Assembly (NCBI RefSeq): GCF_039654945.1
Contig: NW_027361671.1
Span: 49,538,001-49,602,000, forward strand
Reading direction: 5' to 3'
DNA: 64,000 nt
DNA from: Dendrobates tinctorius
Taxonomy: Eukaryota
The position numbers and the translations under genes are program-made. Shown piece after piece: positions 53,301 through 64,000 of this stretch. The notes beneath the pieces were generated by a model that was not told the DNA's origin, did no database searches, and worked only from the letters and a program-made list of their open reading frames with translations. Position 1 is the stretch's first letter. Each line of letters opens with the position of its first letter.

Positions 53301-54235
53301 CACACAGATCCGCCACAGCGCTTCCCATTTGTATTCCACAGGTAGGTCATTTGTAATCCACAGGTAATTGTAATCCAAACAGAGTAGTCCAAGTCCTTTT
53401 CCATTCTTTGAGGCAGGTCTGCCGCAGAAGATGGGGTATTAGCGGCGGCGATCCTGCCGACTACGCCAAATGTAGTGTCGGTGGTGGGGTGCCGAGCTGG
53501 GGGGGGATAGGGGGTGGTCCCACTTCTTACCGCGCAGAGATGACAACAGAGACACGATGGAGGCAGATTCTGGGTGCAACAGGTCCAAGTTTATTTCACT
53601 TGCCGTCCGACTGACGGCACACCTCGCGGCCCTCCGTTTCCAGAGCCGCTTCTCACACCGTACACTGGAGACGTGTCTGCACACACCGTCCCCTCCTTTA
53701 CTGTCGACGCTCCTGACAGTTCCGTCACTGTGGCCGCCTTAGGCCCATTAACCAACAGCGCTTCTACTGCTCAGTCGTCGTGTCACATACGGTGTCTTAC
53801 ACCCAGTACCTCGTCTCAACTGCGGTCCTTTCCTGTCAGGACCACCCCCCTGACATTCTCTCTCCTCAGTCCCCCTGGTCTGGATTCTCCTCAGAGTGCA
53901 CAGACTGTCGTAGTCCTCCTGTCACTTGAGCTCCCCCTGGGGACTGGAACTTTCTGGAACCCTCCCTCAGTATTTATAACTCCCCCGGTTCCTTGAAACT
54001 GTCACTAACTGTCACCACGCCCCCCATGACCAACGGTTTCTAAAGCCCTAAGCTGCTGTAAAGTCCTTTGCTCACACTCCACCCTGCCATCTAATGGTCA
54101 TCCCAAGGTACTGCACGTCCACTACACTTTCCTAGTTGTTTCCCCACTGTAATCACTGACTCCTACCTACACTGTGCAAACCTATCTTTCTTCACTCTGA
54201 CTAGTCCGTCCGTCCGTCAGGTCACCTTCCCTACA
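50399..54235 (-). mobile_element. Full-length non-autonomous LTR retrotransposon (Gypsy-like)
   Basis: LTRs 50399-51164 and 53471-54235 (TG..CA, near identical); 4-bp TSD CTGT; PBS and PPT present; no RT/integrase motifs seen. Confidence 0.95.
53451..53468 (-). other. Primer binding site complementary to the tRNA-Ser 3' end
   Basis: TGGCGTAGTCGGCAGGAT, 2 nt inside the 5' LTR boundary; PPT caaaggaagggagag at 51165-51179. Confidence 0.88.
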
Positions 54236-54239
54236 CTGT

Positions 54240-55395
54240 CTCGTGTGATACTGCCTGCTGAGCCGTGTATCTAATCCTATCCTGTGTGATACTGCCTGCT
54301 GAGCTGTGTATCTAATCCTATCCTGTGTGATACTGCCTGCTGAGTGGTGTATCTAATCCTTTCCTGTGTGATCCTGACTGCTGAGCCGTGTATCTAATCC
54401 TCTTGTGTGATGCTGTCTGCTGAGCCGTGTATCTAATCCTATCCCGTGTGATACTGACTGCTGAGCCGTGTATCTAATCCTATCCCGTGTGATACTGACT
54501 GCTGAGCCGTGTATCTAATCCTATCCCGTGTGATACTGACTGCTGAGCTGTGCATCTAATCCTCTCCTGTGTAATACTGACTGCTGAGCCGTGTATCTAA
54601 CCCTATCCTGTGTGATACTGACTGCTGAGCCGTGTATCTAACCCTATCCTGTGTGATACTGACTGCTGAGCCGTGTATCTAACCCTATCCTGTGTCATAC
54701 TGACTGCTGAGCCGTGTATCTAATCCTATCCTGTGTGATACTGACTGCTGAGCTGTGTACCTAATCCTATCCTGTGTAATACTGACTGCTGAGCCGTGTA
54801 TCTAATCCTCTTGTGTGATGCTGTCGCTGAGCTGTGTATCTAATCCTATCCCGTGTGATACTGACTGCTGAGCCGTGCATCTAATCCTATCCTGTGTCAT
54901 ACTGACTGCTGAGCCGTGTATCTAATCCTATCCTGTGTGATACTGACTGCTGAGCTGTGTATCTAATCCTATCCTGTGTAATACTGACTGCTGAGCCGTG
55001 TATCTAATCCTCTTGTGTGATGCTGTCTGCTGAGCCGTGTATCTAATCCTATCCCGTGTGATACTGACTGCTGAGCCGTGCATCTAATCCTCTCCTGTGT
55101 AATACTGACTGCTGAGCCGTGTATCTAATCCTATCCTATGTGATACTGACTGCTGAGCCGTGTATCTAATCCTATCCTGTGTGATACTGACTGCTGAGCC
55201 GTGTATCTAATCCTATCCTGTGTGATACTGACTGCTGAGCCATGTATCTAATCCTCTCCTGTGTAATACTGACTGCTGAGCCGTGTATCTAACCCTATCC
55301 TGTGTAATACTGACTGCTGAGCCGTGTATCTAATCCTCTCTTGTGTGATGCTGTCTGCTGAGCCGTGTATCTAATCCTATCCCGTGTGATACTGC
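54240..55395. repeat. 41-bp satellite (ctgtgtgatactgactgctgagccgtgtatctaatcctatc), ~28 units
   Basis: Direct periodicity. Confidence 0.96.
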
Positions 55396-56299
55396 TCTCC
55401 TGAAATACTCTGTGCTGCTGTCACCCTGCTGGTTTTATGTGTGATCTACATGGTGGTATGAACTATATGGCGGTATTATGTGAGAACACTATGGCAGTAT
55501 TATCTGCTGAAAGGGGACCCATTCTAGGGTGGTTCTGGCTGAGCCCCTGCACACGGGTCAGGGGTAATAGGTGCAGTCAGGGGGGGGCTGGTGAGGCAGC
55601 TGAAGAGAGGGGTCTCATTTTTATCGTTACTGTATGGCTACATTTCCCCCATCCTGCTTCCCAGCGTCACCCCGGACTGCGCCTGTCGCCTCGCTTTCAC
55701 ACATCGTCAGGACAGGATCTGAGGAGGGGAATGGGGTCTTTTCCTGCAAAGTCTGGATCAGGCTGATTGATGGCCGTTCTGATCCAGACTTTACATGCAA
55801 AGACAGTCAGTAACTTTGCAGACCCCATCAAAATGGCTGCTCACTGTGTTCCTAGATGTCATAGGTTTTTGTGCCAGATTTCAGTAGCTGCTCCCCCTAG
55901 TGTTAACAAGTGGAAATGCCAAACTTTAAAAACAAATGATAATATTTTTTAAGAAAATGTAAACATTAATTCTTTACATTTTTTCAATTGCTGAAAAAAA
56001 TTTTTTTGGATGGCACCTTCCCTTTAATTCTAGTATATTCCATGATTGATTCTAGTAACTGCTACATCCGTATATGATGTGAATAATTCTGGTAACCTTT
56101 AGTGATTCTAGTGTTTTCTAACCCGAATTTTACTCTAGTATATTTCCTCATATTGTTATCACTCTGTAGAATTGTACTGCAGGAATCACTTCTCTTCTTG
56201 TTCTGCCATCAATCCAGCCAAGACGAGTAACCCAAGACAAAGAGGTAATTTTGTTAAAATTTAGAGGGGAGTACACAAATTTTACTTAACATACACACA

Positions 56300-57470
56300 A
56301 TGAAAAATTCCAGGTCACTCGTAAAGTCTAATACCTCATCTTCCCACAAACCATGTAGAAAAAATTACCATTCAAACGACCAAGCTAAGGTCCTTAGTCC
56401 ACTCAAATCTAGGTCTCTGCTAAAAAGAGACGAGATTCTTTTGGGATCTAAACTCCCGAGTCAAAATAGGCCTGAAACCACCCACTCTAAAAAGAATCTA
56501 CTATCCGATGAGATGGACTTATCACTCAATTCCAAAAGACAGACCCCAGGGTCTTGGGGAGAGAAACACTCTGCCTTATCTAGAGAAGCCTCAGAAGAGG
56601 ATGAGGATTCAAGCGATTACTCCCCTAATATTAGTCCAGCTAAAAATAAGCCTAGACTGGACGCTCCCCAACATGACTATAACTCTAATTTCCCTCCTCT
56701 CTCTGCGTCCAAAGCTGGTCAAACCCTCTCTATTGATAACATTGAACATCTCCTAATTAAACTAACGGATAATATTGATAAGAAATTTGAGCTTCGTTTT
56801 AATAAACACGAAAACAAAATGGATAGAGCAATGGCCAAATTCGAAATGACACTTGCAGAAGAAAAACGAATTGTAAGACTAGAACACAAAGCCACAGACT
56901 CTACAGTTGACATTGAATACCTGTCCTCAGAAATGCAAAAACTTAGAACGAAACTGGCGGACTTAGAGGACAGAAGTCGCCACAATAATCTTAAAATACG
57001 TGCCATACCTGAGGACATTGCACAAGAAAATCTAGCTGCAAATGTAAAATCCATTTTTCAAAAAGCAATACCATCACTCACGGAATCTGAATTGATAATA
57101 GATAGGATCCATAGGCTGCCACGTCCATCAGGGATCCCAATTAAATCTCCTAGGGATACAATCCTTCGGATTCATTTCTTTAAAATGAAAGAAAATTCAG
57201 CAATACCTAAAGTCAGAGAAGACCTTCCCAGAACCCTTTCAAGGTCTAAAGACTTTTGCAGATTTATCCAAGGAAACATTGGATCTACGGAGGTCCTTCC
57301 ACAAAATCACTGCAGCCCTTAGGGATAAAGAGATCCATTACACATGGGGTTTTCCCCTTAAGTTACTAATCCACTTCAGGGGTAAAACTATACCAATATT
57401 CTCCCCGGAAGAAGGGGCAAACTTCCTGAGATCTCTGGCTGAGCCTTCTCACTCCAGGGACAATAGATGA
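56300..57470 (+). pseudogene. L1 ORF1p (coiled coil, RRM, CTD), frameshift near 57190
   Basis: LADLEDRSRHNNLKIRAIPE, IDRIHRL, PRDTILRIHFF; the next frame gives LRDKEIHYTWGFPLKL. Confidence 0.92.
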
Positions 57471-57849
57471 ATAGTTTACTCATTACATAGGTTTTGCTTA
57501 CATCAAGCACACCTGGCTTGCTTTACCTCTACAATGAGGTTCTACCCAAAAATTCCCAACCACGTATTATATACCCCCATTAGGTTAGAAGTACCTTTCT
57601 TTTGAGCAAGGCACCTATTGGAGAGCTTTACACAGTTCTTCTGGTTCGAGACAACAGTACTGTAGGCACCTAAATTCATTGTTTATGTTATTAAGTATAC
57701 TGTTTGGTGCACTCCGTGATTGAAGTTGTTGTTTATTAAGGTTATTAAATTTCCTACAGGACAAGTTCTTGAGTGATTGGTCATATCGACACTTTGATAC
57801 TCAGCTATCTGGCTGATATCTTTGTCACATACTTGTGATAGCTGTATAG

Positions 57850-59331
57850 ATGAGTATCAAACTTATCACGTACAATGTAAGAGGGCAAAATAGCCCCCAT
57901 AAGAGGTTCCAACTCTGGAGAGAGCTTAAGAAGTCAAAGGCTGACATTATTTGCATCCAGGAGACAAAGTTTCTGGACGGTAACCATCCATATTTTCACG
58001 ACAATGGGTTCCCCCATATATATGAATCTAATAAGAAGAAGAAGGCAGGAGTCCTTACTATTATTAAAAATTCGGGCCCATTTGAATTCCTAGAGGAGTA
58101 TAAAGACGACATGGGCAGATACCACATCCTGGTATGTAATATAAATGACCAGTTATCCACCATAGTAAATATTTACGCCCCGAACCGTCAACAAATTAGG
58201 TTCCTCAATAAGTTGCAGAGAAAACTGTCTTTGGTGAGAAAAGGTGTGCTACTGATGCTAGGAGACTTCAATGTGGTTCCCGACAGGCTGGTGGACTCCT
58301 CCTCGCAAACAAGAACTGAAGCCTGTAACTTGAACGACTGGCTTTTCAGAAATGAACTCTATGACGTATTCAGGTGCATAAACACCTCGTCAATAGAGAT
58401 CAGTTATTTTTCAGATGTCCACCAGACTGCCTCAAGGATAGATCTGATAATCGCTGACATTTTTTCTCTTCAAAAGTTTAACAAGGTAACTATAGGAGAT
58501 AGATCAATATCCGACCATGCTCCAGTCACAGGAGAACTAACGTTAGGTCCCCTACTGAACAATAGACAATTATGGAAATGCAATTCCAATTTAATTCACG
58601 ATCCTATCCATAAAAATTCAATCGTAAAGTCCATAAAGAATTATTTTAAGGAAAATGGCCCTGACTCCACCACCCCATTCACAAGATGGTGTGCCCATGA
58701 GGCAGTCCTCAGAGGAGTGATTACCGGCATATCATCCAAAGTAAAAAAAGAAAATAGAACCAAGGTTAAAGAAATACAGAACATAATTGGAGACAAGGAA
58801 AAAGCTCAATTAAAACTCCTATCACCCTCTACCTTCATACAGAGCTACTGAACCTCAGACAACGTCTTAGAAATCTACTCTTCTCTTCATATGATGCTGC
58901 CATCAAATCTTCACGTTATAAATACTATACTTCCCTCAATAAAGCAACAAGGTACATGACAAATCGCATAAAAAAGAAGCGAATTCCTAACAGAATAAAC
59001 AGATTAATTACCGATAACAACTCCATTCTTTCTCACCCACAGGATATAGTCCAAGAATTTTCTAAATATTATCAAAAGTTATATAATCTAAAATTAAACC
59101 CACAACATCCCCAACGACTTTCTCTACTAAAATCACCGAGTCCTGATGGCTTCGGGAATGCTTATTACAAAGCATTTAACAATATACTCTCCCCTCATCT
59201 AGCAGATACCTTCAATTGGGCAGCAAAACATGGTTCATTTCCAACAGAAATGCTGGAAGCGCCAATAACACTCATTCCAAAGCCAAAAGGAGATCCAGAA
59301 AAAGTAGGTAGTTATAGGCCCATTTCTTTAA
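57850..59331 (+). pseudogene. L1 ORF2p 5' part (AP endonuclease, start of RT), frameshifted and cut by a transposon
   Basis: TYNVRG, CIQET, NIYAPN, GDFN, SRID, SDH; KSPSPDGF, YRPISL then the TTAA insertion. Confidence 0.93.
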
Positions 59332-59739
59332 CCCCTTCACCCCCAAGGGTGGTTTGCACGTTCATGACCGGGCCAATTTTTACAATTCTGACCACTGTAC
59401 CTTTATGAGGTCATAACTCTGGAACGCTTCCATGGATCCCGGTGATTCTGACATTGTTTTCTCGTGACATATTGTACTTCATGTTAGTGGTAAAATTTCA
59501 TTCAAATAACTTGCGTTTATTTGTGAGAAAAACGGAAATTTGGCGAAAATTTTGAAAATTTCGCGATTTTCCAACTTTGAATTTTTATGCCCTTAAATCA
59601 CAGAGATACGGCACACAAAAAACTTGATAACTAACATTTCCCACATGTTTACTTTACATCAGCACAATTTTGGAACCAAAATTTTTTTTTGTTAGGAAGT
59701 TATAAGGGTTAAAAGTTGACCAGCGATTTCTCATTTTTA

Positions 59740-62515
59740 CAACACCATTTTATTTTTAGGACCACATCACATTTGAAGCCACTTTGAGGGGTCTATATGA
59801 TAGAAAATACCCAAAAGTGAAACCATTCTAAAAACTGCACCCCTTAAGGTGCTCAAAACCACATTCAAGAAGTTTATTAACCCTTTAGGTGCGTCACATG
59901 AATTTTTTTGAATATTTAAAAAAAAAAATGAACAACTAACTTTTTTTCATAAAAAAAATACTTCAGGTTCAATTTTTTTTATTTTACCAAGGGTAACAGG
60001 AGAAATTGAACTGCAAAAGTTATTGTGCAATTTGTCCTGAGTACGCAGATACCTGATATGTGGGGGGGAACGACTGTTTCGGCGCATGGCAGAGCTCAGA
60101 ATGGAAGGAGCGCCGTTTGACTTTTTCAATGCAAAATTGGCTGGAATTCAGATTGGACGCCATGTCACGTTTGGAGAGTCCCTGATGTACCTAAACAGTG
60201 GAAACCCCCTACAAGTGACCCCATTTGGGAAACTAGACCCCCCAAGGAACTTATCTAAATATGTGGTGAGAACTTTGAACCCACAAGGGCTTTACAGAAG
60301 TTTATAACGTACAGCGGTACAATTAAAAAATCATATTTTTTCCACAAAAATGATCTTTTCACCCCAATTTTTATTTTCCCAAGGGTAACAGGACCCTAAA
60401 AGTTATTGTGCAATTTGTCCTGAGTACGCTGATACCCCACATGTGGGGGTAAACCACTATTTGGGCGCATGGCAGAGCTCGGAAGGGAAGCTGCGCCATT
60501 TGACGTTTTTGGCTGGAATTGAGATCGGACACGATGTCGCGTTTGGAAAACCCCTGATGTACCAAAACAGTGGAAACCCCCCACAAATGACACCATTTTG
60601 GAAACTAGACCCCCTAAGGAACTTATCTAGATGTGTGGTGAGAACTTTGAACCCCCATGGGCTTCACAGAAGTTTATAACATAAAGCCATACAATTAAAA
60701 AATCATATTTTTTCCACAAAAATGATCTTTTCACCCTCAATTCTTATTTTTCCAAGGGTAACAGGACCCTAAAAGTTATTGTGCAATTTGTCCTGAGTAC
60801 GCTGATACCCCACATGTGGGGGTAAACCACTATTTGGGCGCATGGCAGAGCTCGGAAGGGAAGCAGCGCCATTTGACGTTTTGGGCTGGAATTGAGATCG
60901 GACACCATGTCGCGTTTGGAAAACTCCTGATGTACCAAAACAGTGGAACCCCCCCACAAATGACACCATTTTGGAAACTAGACCCCCTAAGGAACTTATC
61001 TAGATGTGTGGTGAGCACTTTGACCCCCCCAGTGCTTCACAGAAGTTTATAACACCCGGGCGTGAAAATAAAAAATTCTTATTTTTTCCACAAACATGAT
61101 CTTTTAATCACCATTTTTTTATTTTCCCAAGGGTACCAGGAGAAATTGGACCCCAAAATTTGTTGTCCAATTTGTCCTAAGTATGCTGATACCCCATATG
61201 TGGGAGAAAACTACTGTATGGGCACACGTCGGGGCTCGGAAGGGAAGTAGTGACGTTTTGGAATGCAGACTTTGATGGAATGGTCTGCGGGTGTCATGTT
61301 GCCTTTGGAGAGCCCCTAATGTACCTAAACAGTGGAAACCCCCCACAAATGACACCATTTTGTATACTAGACCCCCCAAGGAACTTATCTAGATGTGTGG
61401 TGAGCACTTTGAACCCCCCAGTGCTTCACAGAAGTTTACAACGCCCGGGCGTGAAAATAAAAAAATTCGTATTTTTTCCACAAACATGATCTTTTAGTCA
61501 CCATTTTTTTATTTTCCCAAGGGTACCAGGAGAAATTGGACCCCAAAAGTTGTTTTCCAATTTGTCCTGAGTATGCTGATACCCCATATGTGGGAGAAAA
61601 CTACTGTATGGGCACACGTCGGGGCTCGGAAGGGAAGTAGTGACGTTTTGGAATGCAGACTTTAATGGAATGGTCTGCGGGTGTCATGTTGCCTTTGGAG
61701 AGCCCCTAATGTACCTAAACAGTGGAAACCCCCCACAAATGACCCCATTTTGAAAACTAGACCCACTAAGGAACGTATCTAGATGTGAGGTGAGCACTTT
61801 GAACCCCCAAGGGCTTCACAGAAGTTTGTAATGCCAGGGCATGAAAATAAAAAAATCGTATTTTTTCCACAAACATGATCAATTAGTCCCCAATTTTTTC
61901 ATTTTCCCAAGGGTAACAGGAGAAATTGGACCCCAAAAGTTGTCCAATTTGTCCTGAGTACGCTGACACCCCATATGTGGGAGAAAACTACTGTATGGAC
62001 ACACGTCGGGGCTCGGAAGGGAAGCAGTGACGTTTTGGAATGCAGACTTTGATGGAATGGTCTGCGGGTGTCATGTGCGTTTGGAGAGCCCCTGATGTAC
62101 CTAAACTATTGAAACTCCCCACAAGTGACCCCATTTTGGACACTAGACCCCCCACGGAACTTATCTAGATGTGTGGTGAGCACTTTGAACCCCCAAGTGC
62201 TTCACAGAAGTTTATAACACTCGGACGTGAAAATAAAAAAATCATTTTTTTCCACAAAAATGATATTTTTGCCCCCAATTTTTTATTTTCCTAAGGGTAA
62301 CAGGAGAAATTGGACCCCAAAAATTGTTTTGCAATTTGTCCTGAGTAGGCTGATACCCTACATGTGGGGGTAAAAATACTGTTTGGGCGCATAGCAGAGC
62401 TTGGAAGGGAAGGAGCACCATTTGACTTTTTCAACTCAGAATTGGCTGGAATTGAGATCAGACGCCATGTTGCAGTTGGAGAGCCCCTGATGTGCCCAAA
62501 CAGTGGAAACCCCCA
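59740..62515. repeat. Internal ~370-420-bp tandem repeat, ~7 units
   Basis: Recurrent aaactagacccc..ggaacttatctagatgtgtggtgag block; 373-bp offset between 60371 and 60744. Confidence 0.92.
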
Positions 62516-62518
62516 ATT

Positions 62519-62620
62519 CTAACTCCAACCCGAACCCCAACACAGCCCTAACCCTAACCCTACCCTAACCCTAACCCTACCCCAACACACCCCTAGCCCT
62601 AACCCTAGCCCTAACCCTAA
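62519..62620. repeat. Degenerate (CCCTAA)n telomere-like tract inside the transposon
   Basis: ccctaaccctaaccctaccctaaccctaa... Confidence 0.9.
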
Positions 62621-64000
62621 TGGAAAAATGGAAATAAATACATTTTTTTAATTTTATTATTTTTCCCTAACTAAGGGGGTGATAATGGGGGGGTTTGATT
62701 TACTATTTATGGCGGTTTTTATGTTTGGCGGCTGTCGCACGCTAAAAGACGCTTTTTATTGTAAAAATAGTTTTTGCATCACCACATATTGAGAGCTATA
62801 ATTTTTCCGTATTTTGACCCACCGAGTCATGTGAGGTCTTATTTTTTGCGGGACAAGTTGACGTTTTTATTGGTACCATTTTCGGGCACGTGAAATTTTT
62901 TGATCGCTTTTTATTCCGATTTTTGGGACGCAGAATGAACAAAAACCAGCGTTTCATGAATTTCTTTTGGGGGGGGTGCGTTTACACCGTTCCGCGTGCG
63001 GTAAAATTGATAAAGCGGTTTTATTCTTCGGGTCAGTACGGTTACAGCGATACCTCATTTAGGTCGTTTTTTATGTTTTTGTCAGTTTTATGCAATGAAA
63101 ACTATTTTATATAAAAAATAATTATTTTTGCATCGCTTTATTCAGCGAGCTATAACTTTTTTATTTTTTCGCTGATGATGCTGTGTGGCGGCTCGTTTTT
63201 TGCGGGACAAGATGACGTTTTCAGCGGTACCATGGCTATTTATATGCGTCTTTTTGATCGCGCGTTATTACACTTTTTGTTTGGCGGTATGATAATAAAT
63301 CATTATTTTTTGCTTCGTTTTTTATTTTTATTTTTTAAGGGGTTCGCTAAAGGGGTTAACTAATGGGACAGTTTTATAGGGCGGGTCGTTACGGACGCGG
63401 CGATACCTAATATGTGTACTTTTATTGTTTGTTTTTTTTATTATTTCCAAAAAATGGATTTATTGGGGGAATATTTTTTTTTTTTTTTCTAATTTGGCGA
63501 TTTTTTTAAAATTATTTTTACACTTTTTTTTATTTTTTTTTTTACTTTATTAAATAGTCCCAGGTGGGACATCACTGTCCTGTGACAGATCGCTGATCTG
63601 TCACATCACAGATCACTGTGACAGATCAGCGATCTGACACAGGCACTGCAGAAGGCTTCCTCATGCCTGCGCTTTGCAGGCACTGAGGAAGCCAGCTTCC
63701 GCAGGCCCCCGAAGGCCCCCGTCGCCATCTTGGATTCGGGGGCCTGGAGGAAGGGAGTCCCCTGCAGCAGCGCTGCACATTGCGCTGCCGTGGGGGGCTC
63801 AGGGAAGCACGGAGGGAGCCCCCTCCCTGCCGATGCTTCCCTTTAACCCCCGGTACACCGCGATCGTGTTTGATCGCGGTGTGCAAGGGGTTAACGTGTC
63901 GGGGGCGGTCCGTGACCGCCCCTGACACATTGTGCCGGGTGTCAGCTGTGATAATCAGCTGACACCCGGCCGCGATCAGCGGCGCTCACCACGTGGGCGC

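Larger units (their letters stand above)
49683..56023. mobile_element. T2/Kolobok-type MITE carrying an LTR element and a satellite
   Basis: TTAA|AGGGAAGGTGCC...GGCACCTTCCCT|TTAA; a related terminus lies in intron 2 of the repeated gene at ~2484. Confidence 0.85.
59332..64000. mobile_element. Large non-autonomous piggyBac-type (TTAA|CCCCTT) element, extends beyond the window
   Basis: Starts at TTAA 59328-59331 inside L1 ORF2; no transposase; internal tandem repeats. Confidence 0.8.

Noticed and set aside
53451-53468. tRNA-Ser gene
   Set aside because: Only the 3' 18 nt including CCA, next to an LTR: a primer binding site, not a gene

Overview
Repeat-rich vertebrate DNA, most likely anuran (inferred from the TTAA MITEs, the CR1 TATGTTAC tail and the 41-bp satellite). 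It is not prokaryotic. Bases 1 to ~43.8 kb are three head-to-tail copies of a ~13.6-kb unit, with junctions at ~11609 and ~29422; the first copy starts before the window. Each copy carries a spliced gene that the ORF track misses: four coding exons with canonical GT-AG sites and matching phases, giving a 128-aa protein with a basic N-terminus and a C-terminal PPPKKKAKK NLS-like motif. The gene is intact in all three copies and is followed by a 3' exon containing a 30-bp minisatellite of ~67, ~38 and ~21 units. From my recollection, two protein motifs resemble conserved non-HMG motifs of BBX/Capicua; this needs a search to confirm. The rest of the window is nested mobile DNA: Tc1 elements (one near intact), CR1, a solo LTR, hAT, Helitron, a Penelope inverted repeat with a hammerhead motif, a T2/Kolobok MITE holding a young non-autonomous LTR element with a tRNA-Ser PBS, L1 and a large piggyBac-type MITE.
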